Shown here in pieces: positions 27,841-37,525 of a stretch of 64,000 nt of DNA. The number at the start of each line of letters is the position of its first letter. Positions within the stretch are counted from its first letter, which is position 1. The notes under the pieces are model-generated. The model was not told the origin of the DNA and did no database searches. It saw only the letters and a list, made by a program, of their open reading frames with translations. The position numbers were made by a program, and so were the translations under genes. The stretch comes from Candidatus Latescibacterota bacterium (lineage in GTDB: Bacteria > Latescibacterota > UBA2968 > UBA8231): positions 4,672,001-4,736,000 of the forward strand of contig OZ244561.1 of the NCBI GenBank assembly GCA_965217585.1, given 5' to 3'.

Positions 27841-30699
27841 ATGCAAAAGAAAACCCCGAGTCGCCTGAGTGCTCGCCAGCAACGGACCTTGCTGGCGGTC
27901 GTGGTCCTAGGCGTCTTCATGGTCGCCGATACGCTCTATCTGCTGACCAACCGGCTGGCCGACGTCTTGGACTCGGGTTATTTCGCGGTCACTGACATTT
28001 CCCTGCCCAAGTTTTACCAGGGCATGGTGCTGTCGCATACGGGCGTCGGTCTGGTGCTGGTGGTGTTGGCGATGGGCTTTGTGGCTTGGCACCTACCGGC
28101 CGTGTGGCGCAGAAGCCGCAAGAGGGCCATCCTCACCGGCATCGCCACGCTGACGCTGGGCATCTTACTGGCCATCAGCGGGCTGTTCATCCTCAGCGCG
28201 GCGAGCAACCGCGGCAATCCGGTGGCCTACTGGAGCCACGTGGCCGCGGCGGTTTTAGTCCCTCTCTTTTACTTGGCGCACCGCCGCCTCTCGCTGTGGA
28301 AGCCCTCCGCGCGGAGCTATCGCATAGTGCCCGTAGCGGTGGTTGGGCTGTTGGCGCTAGCCGTGGTGCTACACGGGTTGACCTATAGCGGCGAGCAGTA
28401 CACGCAGGCGGCCGAGCAGGCATTCGCCGCTGGCAAGCACACCGGCCCGGGTTCCAAGGCGCGGCAGGTCGCCGACTTTGCCCCAGACGACTTCGTACCC
28501 GCCAATTTTGTCCCGGCTGAAAGCCCCTTTTTCCCGGCGGCTACTACGACTACGACCGGCGACATTCTGCCCTCGCGGATCATCACTCGCGGCGATCTTT
28601 CGCAGCCGGAGAAACTTGCCGGGGACCTCGACGAGTACGGCTTTGTGGTCAACGAGCCGATTGGCTCGGAGACTTGCGCCCGTTGCCACGCGGCGGTCGT
28701 CGAACAGTGGGCGACATCGGCGCATCGCTTTGCCTCGTTTAACAACCCCTTCTACGAGGCGACGATCAACGACATGCGCAGCAACTCGACCGAGAGCAAC
28801 GCGGAGGTCGCTGCCCATATTGCCTATTACAAGGACTTGGCGGGGGAGGAGGGCAAAATCAAGTCCAAGTGGTGCTCGGGTTGCCACGATCCGGCGCTGA
28901 TGCTGGCGGGTAAAATGACCGAGGAGATCGACCGCGCCTCGCCCCAGGCCCAAGCCGGGCTGACCTGCCTGGGCTGCCACGCCATCGACGAAATTCACGA
29001 TCAGACCGGCAACGGCAACTACAACATCGCCGACGAGCAGGAGGATCCCTATCTGTTCGCCAATGCCAAAGAAGGGGCTGGCCGCTTCGTGCACGACACT
29101 GCGCTGAAGGCGCGGCCCATCGTCCACAAAAAGCAGATGCTCAAGCCCTTTTTCCGCACCTCTGAGTTTTGCGCCACCTGCCACAAGGTCAGCCTCGACT
29201 CGCGCGTCAATGGCTACCGCTGGCTGCGCGGCCAAGACGAATATGACAATTGGCACGACAGCGGCGTGGCGCTCAACGCCTCCAGGACTTTCTACCTGCC
29301 CGGTGTCAAGCGGGTCTGCCAGGACTGCCACATGCCGCTGGAGGAAGCGGTCGCCGGTGACGTGTCGGCGCGGGATGGCTACGTCAAGTCGCACCGCTTT
29401 TTGGCGGTCAACACGGCCCTGCCCTTCATCCGCGGCGACGAGGAGACCATCGCGCGGATCGAGGAATTTCTGCAAGACGAAAAACTCAGCGTCGATGTAT
29501 TCGCGCTGCACCACCAAGAAGAAGCGCACTACGCGCTGGACAAGAGCCAGCCAGCGCTGGTGCCCGGCGGCGAGTACGCATTCGACGTGGTGGTGCGCAA
29601 CAAGGGCGTCGGGCATACCTTCCCGGGCGGAACCAACGATTCCAACGAGGGCTGGCTAGAGGTCTCGGTGGTGGGAGACGACGACGTGGTGCTGGCTTTG
29701 AACGGGGCGGTGCAAGACGACGGGCACGTCGATTTGGGGGCGCATTTTTACAAGGCGCTGATGGTCGATGCAAAAGGCCAAGCCATCCATCGGCGCAACG
29801 CCCAGGACATCGTCACGGCCGTGTACGTGCGCACCATTGGTCCGGGTACGGCGGATGTAGCTCACTACAGCTTCGAGGTGCCCGCAGACTACGCGGGGCG
29901 CAAGCTGACGCTGCGGGCGCGGCTGCTGTGGCGCAAGTTCGACCGCGCCTATACGGAATTTGCCTTCAACAGCAACCGCCAAGGCTTCCGCCGCTTCGAC
30001 CAAGTGCCGGAGTTGCCGGTAACTGAGATCGCCCGCAGCGAAGTGGAGCTAGCGGTGGGAGGGTCGTCCGCGGCGGGTGCGCCGGATGCGGGCGACTGGA
30101 TGCGCTTCAACGACTATGGCATCGGCTTGCTGCTCCAAGACGATACCCAAGGTGCCGCACGGGCCTTTGCGACGGTGGAACAGCTAGCGCCCAAGCGCCT
30201 AGACGGCTGCCGCAACTTGGCTAGGGTTGCGGTGCGCGACGGTCACTTAGAGCGGGCCTACGAGCACTTGGGGGACTGCGAGACGCTGGTCACCGGCGAC
30301 GGGCAGACGGCTTGGGTTTGGGGCGTGGTGTTACAAGAGGACGGTCGCTACGAGGCGGCGGCGCAGGCGTATCGCCGGGTGTTGCGCGACTTTCCCGAGG
30401 ATCGGGCTTCATGGCGCAACTTGGGCCGGGTGCTCTATCTCGACGGCCGCTACGAGGAGGCTTTGGAGGCCCTCGACGGCGTGCTGGCTATTGATCCGGA
30501 AGACCGCGTCGCCCACTACCACCGAATGCTCTGCCTGCGCGCCCTTAGCCGCGAGGACGAGGCCCTCGTCGCCGAGCAGGCTTACCAGTACCACCAGATC
30601 GACGAGTCGGCTCAAGAGCTGACGCGCCGCTACCGGCTAGAGCATCCGCACGACAACCGCGAGGCACTCAAAATCCACGTTCATCCGTTGGGGAATTGA
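27841..30699 (+). CDS. Membrane-anchored pentaheme cytochrome c with C-terminal TPR
   Basis: N-terminal TM helices with His; five CxxCH motifs (CARCH, CSGCH, CLGCH, CATCH, CQDCH); GHTFPGG; TPRs. Confidence 0.88.
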   Translation: MQKKTPSRLSARQQRTLLAVVVLGVFMVADTLYLLTNRLADVLDSGYFAVTDISLPKFYQGMVLSHTGVGLVLVVLAMGFVAWHLPAVWRRSRKRAILTGIATLTLGILLAISGLFILSAASNRGNPVAYWSHVAAAVLVPLFYLAHRRLSLWKPSARSYRIVPVAVVGLLALAVVLHGLTYSGEQYTQAAEQAFAAGKHTGPGSKARQVADFAPDDFVPANFVPAESPFFPAATTTTTGDILPSRIITRGDLSQPEKLAGDLDEYGFVVNEPIGSETCARCHAAVVEQWATSAHRFASFNNPFYEATINDMRSNSTESNAEVAAHIAYYKDLAGEEGKIKSKWCSGCHDPALMLAGKMTEEIDRASPQAQAGLTCLGCHAIDEIHDQTGNGNYNIADEQEDPYLFANAKEGAGRFVHDTALKARPIVHKKQMLKPFFRTSEFCATCHKVSLDSRVNGYRWLRGQDEYDNWHDSGVALNASRTFYLPGVKRVCQDCHMPLEEAVAGDVSARDGYVKSHRFLAVNTALPFIRGDEETIARIEEFLQDEKLSVDVFALHHQEEAHYALDKSQPALVPGGEYAFDVVVRNKGVGHTFPGGTNDSNEGWLEVSVVGDDDVVLALNGAVQDDGHVDLGAHFYKALMVDAKGQAIHRRNAQDIVTAVYVRTIGPGTADVAHYSFEVPADYAGRKLTLRARLLWRKFDRAYTEFAFNSNRQGFRRFDQVPELPVTEIARSEVELAVGGSSAAGAPDAGDWMRFNDYGIGLLLQDDTQGAARAFATVEQLAPKRLDGCRNLARVAVRDGHLERAYEHLGDCETLVTGDGQTAWVWGVVLQEDGRYEAAAQAYRRVLRDFPEDRASWRNLGRVLYLDGRYEEALEALDGVLAIDPEDRVAHYHRMLCLRALSREDEALVAEQAYQYHQIDESAQELTRRYRLEHPHDNREALKIHVHPLGN

Positions 30700-30734
30700 A
30701 TAATTGTTCGCCAGGATATAAGGAAACCTTAAGC

Positions 30735-31238
30735 GTGGGAAAATACTCAGGTCCAGAAGATGTCTATCGAGAGTTAGTTGATGAGTCTGAGGAGCATTGG
30801 TTGTATTGCTTGATTGCCTTCGCGATTGTCGAAGAACAAAAAATCGAGTGGATCAAGCACTACGAAGAGCAGTACAATACTCCGCCTAGCCCAGACCAAA
30901 TCCGCGAATGGTACGAGCAGCAGCCGACGGGTGTTCTCCTCCGTGCTAAGGGTACGGCCGAAAACGCCCTTCGGGTCTACTCGGATGAAGTCGTTGAGGC
31001 CATCGGGGACGCTTGGAGGAAGCAAGTCGAAGAGGAGACCATAGTCGGAGAGATCAGGCAGAATAGTCGCTTCTGGCCTCAATTTTGTATAAATTTAGTT
31101 GGAGGCTTCGCTGGTACTGTTCTATTCGCATCATTACTTGCACTGATAGCATTTTTTGTAATAAACGACACTTCGCCAGTTGCTATAGTTACAGACCTCA
31201 AAGCAAATAAGGAGGAGGTTGTAGATGACAAAGAATAG
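30735..31238 (+). CDS. Hypothetical protein with one C-terminal TM helix
   Basis: AT-richer ORF; hydrophobic INLVGGFAGTVLFASLLALIAFFVI; start uncertain (30696 or 30735). Confidence 0.7.
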   Translation: MGKYSGPEDVYRELVDESEEHWLYCLIAFAIVEEQKIEWIKHYEEQYNTPPSPDQIREWYEQQPTGVLLRAKGTAENALRVYSDEVVEAIGDAWRKQVEEETIVGEIRQNSRFWPQFCINLVGGFAGTVLFASLLALIAFFVINDTSPVAIVTDLKANKEEVVDDKE

Positions 31239-31476
31239 AGAGCAAACAGGCAGGAGGGCGGCTACAGCCGCGTCCAAGGTTATCAGAAGCAAAAGTGCGA
31301 GCAAGTCCGCCAAGTCGGCAGCCGGCTCTGCTCTGTCACAAAGAAAGAGCACAAAAGTCACCTCGAGTCGTGCTGCGTCGGCTGCTTCAAAGGTCCTTCG
31401 TAGCAGCGGTTCGAGCAAATCGGCCAAGACATCTTCCGGCTCTGCTCTGACCCAGAGGCCGAATAGAGAGAAGTAG
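31225..31476 (+). CDS. Small basic Ser/Ala/Lys-rich protein with an internal duplication
   Basis: Strong RBS AGGAGGAGG; two copies of AASKV(I/L)R...SKSAK...GSAL(S/T)QR. Confidence 0.75.
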   Translation: MTKNREQTGRRAATAASKVIRSKSASKSAKSAAGSALSQRKSTKVTSSRAASAASKVLRSSGSSKSAKTSSGSALTQRPNREK

Positions 31477-31614
31477 CTCTAAGCCCTATTAGAATGTAAA
31501 CGCTGCATTTTCCCAGCAGCTAAGCGGGTTTCTACGGCTCGACCCATATTTCGTCCTCCTTTTACAGCGATGACAGACGGCATTTTTCTTTTGCCCGGCA
31601 GCTCTAATCTTCCT

Positions 31615-33387
31615 ATGAAGCTTTTATCGAGGAGTATCCAGTTGGTCTGCGCGTTGCTGTGGGCTGCCTGCGGTCCGGAAGAACCTTCAGCCCCGGCTCC
31701 GACGCCCGAGTATACTAAAGCACCGACCGCCGACTACGCGGTGGGGCGCGGGCGGAAAGAGGCCCCTGCGGTGCGCTTTGTCGATGTGACGCGAGAGGCT
31801 GGTCTCGAATTCAGGCACGAGACTGGTGCGCGCGGCGACAAGTGGATGCCGGAAACCATGGGTAGCGGCTGCGCGCTTTTTGATTACGATGGGGACGGCT
31901 GGCTGGATGTGCTTTTGGTCAACAGCGAGGGGTGGCAGGGCGAAAAGGCTCCCGGCAAGCTCTACCGCAATCTCGGCAACGGCACTTTTGCCGACGCAAC
32001 GGAACGCGCTGGCCTAGGTTTTTCTGTCTATGGCATGGGCGCGACGATTGCCGACTACGATGCCGATGGCGACCCGGATATCTACCTGACGACCTTGGGG
32101 CCGAACCTGCTCTTGCGCAACGACGCGGGTCGCTTCGTCGATGTGGCGCGGGAAGCGGGCGTGGCGGGCGTGGTCTGGCGCGACGATGCGGGTAATGAGA
32201 ATCCCGAGTGGTCCACGGGCGCGGCCTGGGTTGATGTGGATGGCGACGGCTGGCTGGATCTGTTGGTCACCAACTACGTGCATTGGTCTCCCAGCACCGA
32301 CATATACACTACGCAAGATGGCAAGGGAAAGTCCTACGCCACGCCACAGCAGTACCCCGGCTCGACGCCGAGGCTCTACCGCAATCTGGGTGAGGGCCGC
32401 TTCCGGGAGATAACCAAAGAGGCCGGTCTGTTATTGCCCGAGGGCAAATCCATGGGCGTGGCCATGACCGACTTTGAAGACGACGGCCGCATCGACTTGG
32501 TCGTCACCAACGACACCCAGCCCAATTTCCTGTTGCAAAACTTAGGTGGGGGTCGCTTTGCGGAGCGGGGGCTCGCCGCGGGCATTGGCTACGATGAGAG
32601 CGGGCGGGCGCGAGCGGGGATGGGCATAGATATCGCATCGGTCGCCAACGACGGCGTGCTTTCCATCGCCATTGGCAACTTCAGCCGCGAGGCGCTCTCA
32701 CTCTACCGCCAAGCTGGCGGCGAGGTTTTCGTCGATGGCGCAGGTGGGGCTAGACTGATGCAGGCGACGCTGCGGCCGTTGACCTTTGGGCTGCGCTTTT
32801 TCGACTACGATCTCGACGGCTACCAAGACCTGATTTTGGCCAATGGGCACATCGAGCCAGAGATCAACTCGACGCAGAAGGAGATCGAGTACCGTCAACC
32901 ACCGCAGTTGTTTTGGAATACCGGCGACGGGCGGATGGTCGAGGTGTCGGAGCAGACGGGCGGGCCATTTCTCAAGCCAGTGGTGGCGCGAGGGCTGTCC
33001 GTCGGCGATATCGACGCAGACGGCGACTTGGACGTGCTGCTGACGACCAATGGCGGTCCGGCTTATCTATTGCGCAACGAGGGGCCGACCGGTCGCGCGG
33101 TGGCGCTCGATCTGACGGGCAAGGTACCTAATCGAGACGCTATTGGCGCGAGGGTGACTGCGCAGGTGGGCGAACAGGAGCAGGTGTTCATGGTGCGCAC
33201 GGGATCTTCCTATTTGAGCCACAGTCCGACGACCCTGACCGTTGGCTTGGGAGCCGCCGAGCAGATCGACCGCTTGGAGATTCGCTGGCCGGATGGGACG
33301 GTGGAAGCCCTTGAACAGCTTGCGGCTGGTGCGAGCTACGAAATCGCGCAGGGTGAGGGTATTGTGGGGCAGAGGGCCTTTCAATAG
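31615..33387 (+). CDS. CRTAC1-family FG-GAP + ASPIC/UnbV protein, likely lipoprotein
   Basis: LWAAC lipobox-like motif; repeated DYDGDGxxD; NRDAIGARV, GSSYLS, GLG, IRWPDG. Confidence 0.9.
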   Translation: MKLLSRSIQLVCALLWAACGPEEPSAPAPTPEYTKAPTADYAVGRGRKEAPAVRFVDVTREAGLEFRHETGARGDKWMPETMGSGCALFDYDGDGWLDVLLVNSEGWQGEKAPGKLYRNLGNGTFADATERAGLGFSVYGMGATIADYDADGDPDIYLTTLGPNLLLRNDAGRFVDVAREAGVAGVVWRDDAGNENPEWSTGAAWVDVDGDGWLDLLVTNYVHWSPSTDIYTTQDGKGKSYATPQQYPGSTPRLYRNLGEGRFREITKEAGLLLPEGKSMGVAMTDFEDDGRIDLVVTNDTQPNFLLQNLGGGRFAERGLAAGIGYDESGRARAGMGIDIASVANDGVLSIAIGNFSREALSLYRQAGGEVFVDGAGGARLMQATLRPLTFGLRFFDYDLDGYQDLILANGHIEPEINSTQKEIEYRQPPQLFWNTGDGRMVEVSEQTGGPFLKPVVARGLSVGDIDADGDLDVLLTTNGGPAYLLRNEGPTGRAVALDLTGKVPNRDAIGARVTAQVGEQEQVFMVRTGSSYLSHSPTTLTVGLGAAEQIDRLEIRWPDGTVEALEQLAAGASYEIAQGEGIVGQRAFQ

Positions 33388-34265
33388 AGCAAGCGGCCCT
33401 TCTCGTCGTGGCTGACCTTGTCGGGGTCGTGCGGCCCGGAGCGGGCGCGTTTAGCCTCCCCTTTTTTGTAGCGGTGGCGCATTTCCGTCTGCCGCCAGCG
33501 CAAAAAACTGCGTTCCTGCGCGTCGCGGTTGCGCGCCGAAGCTGGGGCCGGGATTTCGATGGTGGCGTAGGTGATTTCGCTCACTCGGCGCGACAGAGCG
33601 ATAATCTCTCCTTTGCTGATGACCAAGGTGACGCCGACGTTGGCCTCGACAATGGCGACGCCGTTTTCGCGCGCCCGGGCTAACACGGCGTGGTCTTGAT
33701 CCTTAGAGCGGGAGCCGAAGGAGGGAATGAGCAGGTACTGTGCCCCGTCGAGCACTGGGATGCGGGCGATGTCGGGATTCCAGCGGTCGTTGCAGATGAG
33801 GAAGCCGCAGCGGCCAAACGGAGTGTCAAAGGCATGGGCATGGGCGCCGAGGCGGTTGTACCACCAGGAGGGATGGTAGCCCTCGGCCAGTTGCATTTTG
33901 TGGTACTTGCCGCGCAGGCGGCCCCGGTGGTCAATGAAGACGGCGCAGTTGTACACATCGTCGCCGATGCGCTCGGCCAAGCCAAAGGCTAGGCATATTC
34001 CCAGTTCGCGGGCTAGCTCGCGGAAGCGGCCAATGACCGGGCCGCGCGTGGTGACGGCCACGTCCCGCATCCGTTCTTCCGACTCCTCCCCGGTGATCAG
34101 TTCCATGACCACGTAGCCTTCTAATACCCCTTCGGGCGCCAAGGCCAGTTGGGCACCGCCTTTAGCAGCGGCGCGGAACATGGCCTCTAGGTGGTCGGCA
34201 TTGCCGGCTAGGTCGAATTTTTTAGGCCGGAAGGAAATGGCGGCGACATCTACAGATTGGTACAT
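33381..34265 (-). CDS. Carbon-nitrogen hydrolase (nitrilase superfamily)
   Basis: E-K-C triad: APEG, YHK, LICND. Confidence 0.88.
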   Translation of the reverse strand: MYQSVDVAAISFRPKKFDLAGNADHLEAMFRAAAKGGAQLALAPEGVLEGYVVMELITGEESEERMRDVAVTTRGPVIGRFRELARELGICLAFGLAERIGDDVYNCAVFIDHRGRLRGKYHKMQLAEGYHPSWWYNRLGAHAHAFDTPFGRCGFLICNDRWNPDIARIPVLDGAQYLLIPSFGSRSKDQDHAVLARARENGVAIVEANVGVTLVISKGEIIALSRRVSEITYATIEIPAPASARNRDAQERSFLRWRQTEMRHRYKKGEAKRARSGPHDPDKVSHDEKGRLLY

Positions 34266-34276
34266 GGGTTCGTCTC

Positions 34277-35659
34277 CTATTCTTCTTGGCGGCAAAAGCG
34301 CAGCGCGTACAGGTCGGCGTCGTACATGACAAAGCGCAGACGCACTGGCCGACCGGCCAATGGGCCTACTTCAGCGCCCGATTCCCACTGCACAGCTAAG
34401 TCCGTCTGATCCTGAAAAAGCTCGGGCGAATCGGCCAGCGCTAGGCCGGGGAAAGGCTTGCCGTTTTCGTCCTGAATTTCGACGCGGATGCTGCCGGCTG
34501 CGGAGGTGGACATATTGAGCCGCAACTGATCGCCGCTAAAGATCAGGGGCTTGGTGGTGAACTGGCCGCCGCGATAGGGAGCTTGCACCGAGGCGAAACC
34601 ATCCAAGCGCATCGTCAGGCGGCGGATGCAGGATGTGGGCATGCGCCAGTGCTCGGTCATGTAGAGCGACAGTTCGGCGGGTCCGGTACGCAGCAGGCCG
34701 CGCATGATGTACACGCTGCGGTCGTGCCAATTGCCGGGGTTGGGGCCTGGGCGCACGAAGGCTTCCGGGAAGAGCCTGTCGAAGTGGAGGCCGTCGTGGC
34801 TGCTCATTAGCACGCCGTCGTTGACCCCGGGATACGGCCAACCGGGCGTGGGGCTGCGGCTGTTGACAAAGCGCGAGGGGAACATCAAGTAGAGGCCGGG
34901 GGAACGCTCGTAGGGAACGCAGGAATTGGTGTACATGTGCTCCAGCGGCGCATCGCCGGTGTCGATGGCTGCTAGCGGACTCCAGTGGACAAAGTCGTCG
35001 GAGGTGGCGCGGCGGATCCAGCGCACGCCTCCCTTGAAGGCGCGAGTGGCACCGTGGCCGAGTTCGCCATCGCAGCGAATGCCTCGGGTGTACATGATGT
35101 ACTGGCCGGTCCACGGATCGCGGAAGGCGATATTGTGCGAGTCGAATGGGCCTTCGGTCTGCACAGGTTCGGGGTTTTTGCGCCAGTGCAAGCCGTCGGG
35201 CGAGGTCGCCGTGTAAATGGCACCGCGCCGGCCGATGCCTTTGTAACGCTCTTGAGCCGGGGCTGCTGGATCGAGGAACGGGGAGAAGTTGACTAGGTTG
35301 GGATCGTCGAGAACTAGGTTATTGGCCGTCGAGCCTTGGAAGTCGATGAGGCCCAGCTCTGGTTTGTGCCAAGTGATGCCGTCGCTGCTTTCGGCATAGG
35401 CGGTGCAGGCCCTGTCGGTTTTGTTGTTGTCGGCGTGGGGGATGCAGCGGTACCAGGCGCGGAAGCGGTCGCCGTCTTTGAAGAGCACGGCGTAGGCGAG
35501 GCCGCCTTCTTCCCAAGGATGGTCAATGCGCACTGCGGCGTTGCGGCGCGCGGGCTGGTGGAGGACTTGGCGGGCGTCTTGTAGCTCGTCGATGAGGCGG
35601 CGGTCGAGCAGTAGTTGGCGATTGGAGCCGATGGGGATGGGGGTGTTTGATTGGTTCAT
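34277..35659 (-). CDS. Five-bladed beta-propeller glycosidase-like protein (GH32/43-like)
   Basis: YAESSDGITWHKPELG, SPDGLHW, FDSHN, SHDGLHF, RLDGFAS, ADLYAL. Confidence 0.75.
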   Translation of the reverse strand: MNQSNTPIPIGSNRQLLLDRRLIDELQDARQVLHQPARRNAAVRIDHPWEEGGLAYAVLFKDGDRFRAWYRCIPHADNNKTDRACTAYAESSDGITWHKPELGLIDFQGSTANNLVLDDPNLVNFSPFLDPAAPAQERYKGIGRRGAIYTATSPDGLHWRKNPEPVQTEGPFDSHNIAFRDPWTGQYIMYTRGIRCDGELGHGATRAFKGGVRWIRRATSDDFVHWSPLAAIDTGDAPLEHMYTNSCVPYERSPGLYLMFPSRFVNSRSPTPGWPYPGVNDGVLMSSHDGLHFDRLFPEAFVRPGPNPGNWHDRSVYIMRGLLRTGPAELSLYMTEHWRMPTSCIRRLTMRLDGFASVQAPYRGGQFTTKPLIFSGDQLRLNMSTSAAGSIRVEIQDENGKPFPGLALADSPELFQDQTDLAVQWESGAEVGPLAGRPVRLRFVMYDADLYALRFCRQEE

Positions 35660-37275
35660 TCGGGTTGAATTTCAGGTAGTTGGGAGAGTATTGCCTTAGA
35701 AACGGACGGAACGCTGTTGTTTCGGAGAACGCGTGTCAGCCAGCTTTCAAAATCATGCTTCTTCTGTTTTTTGAGCTTACGCGCAACAAGCACTATTACT
35801 TCCTTATTGTCATAATACGAAAGTAGTTTCGGCAGATCCCGCTCAGCTATAGCTTGGTTGATTTGCTCTGTGGCCTGCTTTGCGATTGATCTTATATTAA
35901 GGATTTCAGTCCGAGAGCGATACTCCTCTTCGAGATCATCAATGGTTCCTGCCTCGCTCAAATCGACTTTCTTCAACATTCGATCGACGCGCCTTCTGCA
36001 ATACCTCACAACCACCTTCTCGATTTTTTCAGGAGAGTTTATTGTTTCAAATATTGCATTTGATAACTGAGCGAGGACTTCGTCAAGTTCGGTGCCTCGG
36101 TATCCATCAGTTTCGGCAATTGCTCTACTGACATCAGGCAGCGCAATCACATTTTCGATTTCGGAAACAGGAAGAACTTTGATCCCCCGTTCGGCCAAAT
36201 AATGCTTGTCTTCATCGTCATAGTCGTCCGCATCGACTATTCCAGAACACTTTATCCGGGTGAGGTCAGCGTTCTTTCGCATGGTTATCACCGAATGGAT
36301 AACTTCCGAGCAAGAGCCACGAGGAATGACAGTCCATTTAGGGTAACAACGACGATAAATAGCCATATCAAGACTGCCGTGATCGCCTTCGACAAATAGA
36401 ATTGGCCTCCGGCTACCAAGTATCAGTGTGACAAGCTCATCGTTAAAGCCTGTTTCCTCCGGTACTTTTTCAATCGTCCAGCGCGGTGTTGGGTCGTAAT
36501 CCTTTATCACGAATTTTTGTGCCGTGCGTGCAACTGCAAATTCAAGATCATGGGTGATAAACACAAATGCACAATCGGGTCGGTTCGCTTCTAATTCATC
36601 CCAAAGCTTTGACATAATGGATCGATGAACATGAAGTTCGGGCTCATCAATAATAAGAACCGTATCTTCTTCCGCGACCAGTGTTTGTCCTATCATATAA
36701 AAGATGGCTCGCTCACCATCACTCATCTCAGATGCTTTATAAGTCTGGTTAGAGCTTGGTAATGATACCAGAATATCATCTCCGGAAATATGAAGTTTCC
36801 TGTGTGGCAACAAGCGGTCCCATATTTCCTGTAAGGTATCAAATTTTGTGAGTTGAAAAGACTCGTCCGTTTCAATAGCTCCAGGCTTATAGCGTCGATA
36901 AGCCTGGAGCGAAGTATTTGACTGTTCCGCGAATAATGCTTGAATCAGATAATCAAAATCATTGAGTAATTGTACCGCACCTTTACTCTGCCATCGATGG
37001 CTTTCTCTGTATCTTATTCCGGCCTTCTCATCAGCGCTCCCGGTACGTAGCCCCATGAGAGCCTTCTTCTCACTGATTTTTGCAACATCCGGATTCAGCG
37101 TTAGCGCTCTGTGAGCAGAGATTCTATGGGCTTGAAGTCCCAAGACTCGCTCTATCTGCACCGCCAAGCGCGTCTTTCCGCCACCATTTGCCCCTACGAA
37201 AATGAGTGAACTGCCGGCAGGTAATTCAAAATTAGTGTTTCCTTGGTCAGTTGGGATTGAAAACTGGAAGTTCAA
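35656..37275 (-). CDS. Fused ABC ATPase + DUF4435/TOPRIM protein (PARIS AriAB-fusion-like)
   Basis: GANGGGKT, MSDGER, IIDEPELHVH, ITHD; TOPRIM FVEG..SLD, GIVDAD, EIEN; markedly AT-rich. Confidence 0.8.
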   Translation of the reverse strand: MNFQFSIPTDQGNTNFELPAGSSLIFVGANGGGKTRLAVQIERVLGLQAHRISAHRALTLNPDVAKISEKKALMGLRTGSADEKAGIRYRESHRWQSKGAVQLLNDFDYLIQALFAEQSNTSLQAYRRYKPGAIETDESFQLTKFDTLQEIWDRLLPHRKLHISGDDILVSLPSSNQTYKASEMSDGERAIFYMIGQTLVAEEDTVLIIDEPELHVHRSIMSKLWDELEANRPDCAFVFITHDLEFAVARTAQKFVIKDYDPTPRWTIEKVPEETGFNDELVTLILGSRRPILFVEGDHGSLDMAIYRRCYPKWTVIPRGSCSEVIHSVITMRKNADLTRIKCSGIVDADDYDDEDKHYLAERGIKVLPVSEIENVIALPDVSRAIAETDGYRGTELDEVLAQLSNAIFETINSPEKIEKVVVRYCRRRVDRMLKKVDLSEAGTIDDLEEEYRSRTEILNIRSIAKQATEQINQAIAERDLPKLLSYYDNKEVIVLVARKLKKQKKHDFESWLTRVLRNNSVPSVSKAILSQLPEIQPE

Positions 37276-37319
37276 TTTCGATTCTCCAATAATTTTTTAA
37301 TGGATGAACGCTTACATAT

Positions 37320-37440
37320 AGGTACGAAAGCGGTCGCTATCTTTGAAGAGTACGGTGTAGGCGATACGGCCTTCTTCATAGTCGCTACTACGGCGTTGTG
37401 GTGCCCGGGCTAGTGGAGCCTTGGCGGGCGTATTATAGCT
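37320..37440 (-). pseudogene. Decayed copy of the 5' part of the propeller gene (35455-35586)
   Basis: 48/58 identical over 37320-37377 vs 35455-35512; similarity continues with indels. Confidence 0.8.
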
Positions 37441-37489
37441 AACGTAGGTCTGATCTACAACTTAACAAGTCTTGTTCTATCCCATCCGC

Positions 37490-37518
37490 TTGCGATTCGG
37501 ACACTTATGTCCTATTCT
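37490..37518 (+). promoter_or_regulatory. hicAB promoter with palindromic operator
   Basis: TTGCGA, 17 bp, TATTCT; GGACA-ctta-TGTCC palindrome at 37499-37512 in the spacer. Confidence 0.6.
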
Positions 37519-37525
37519 GTAGAAC

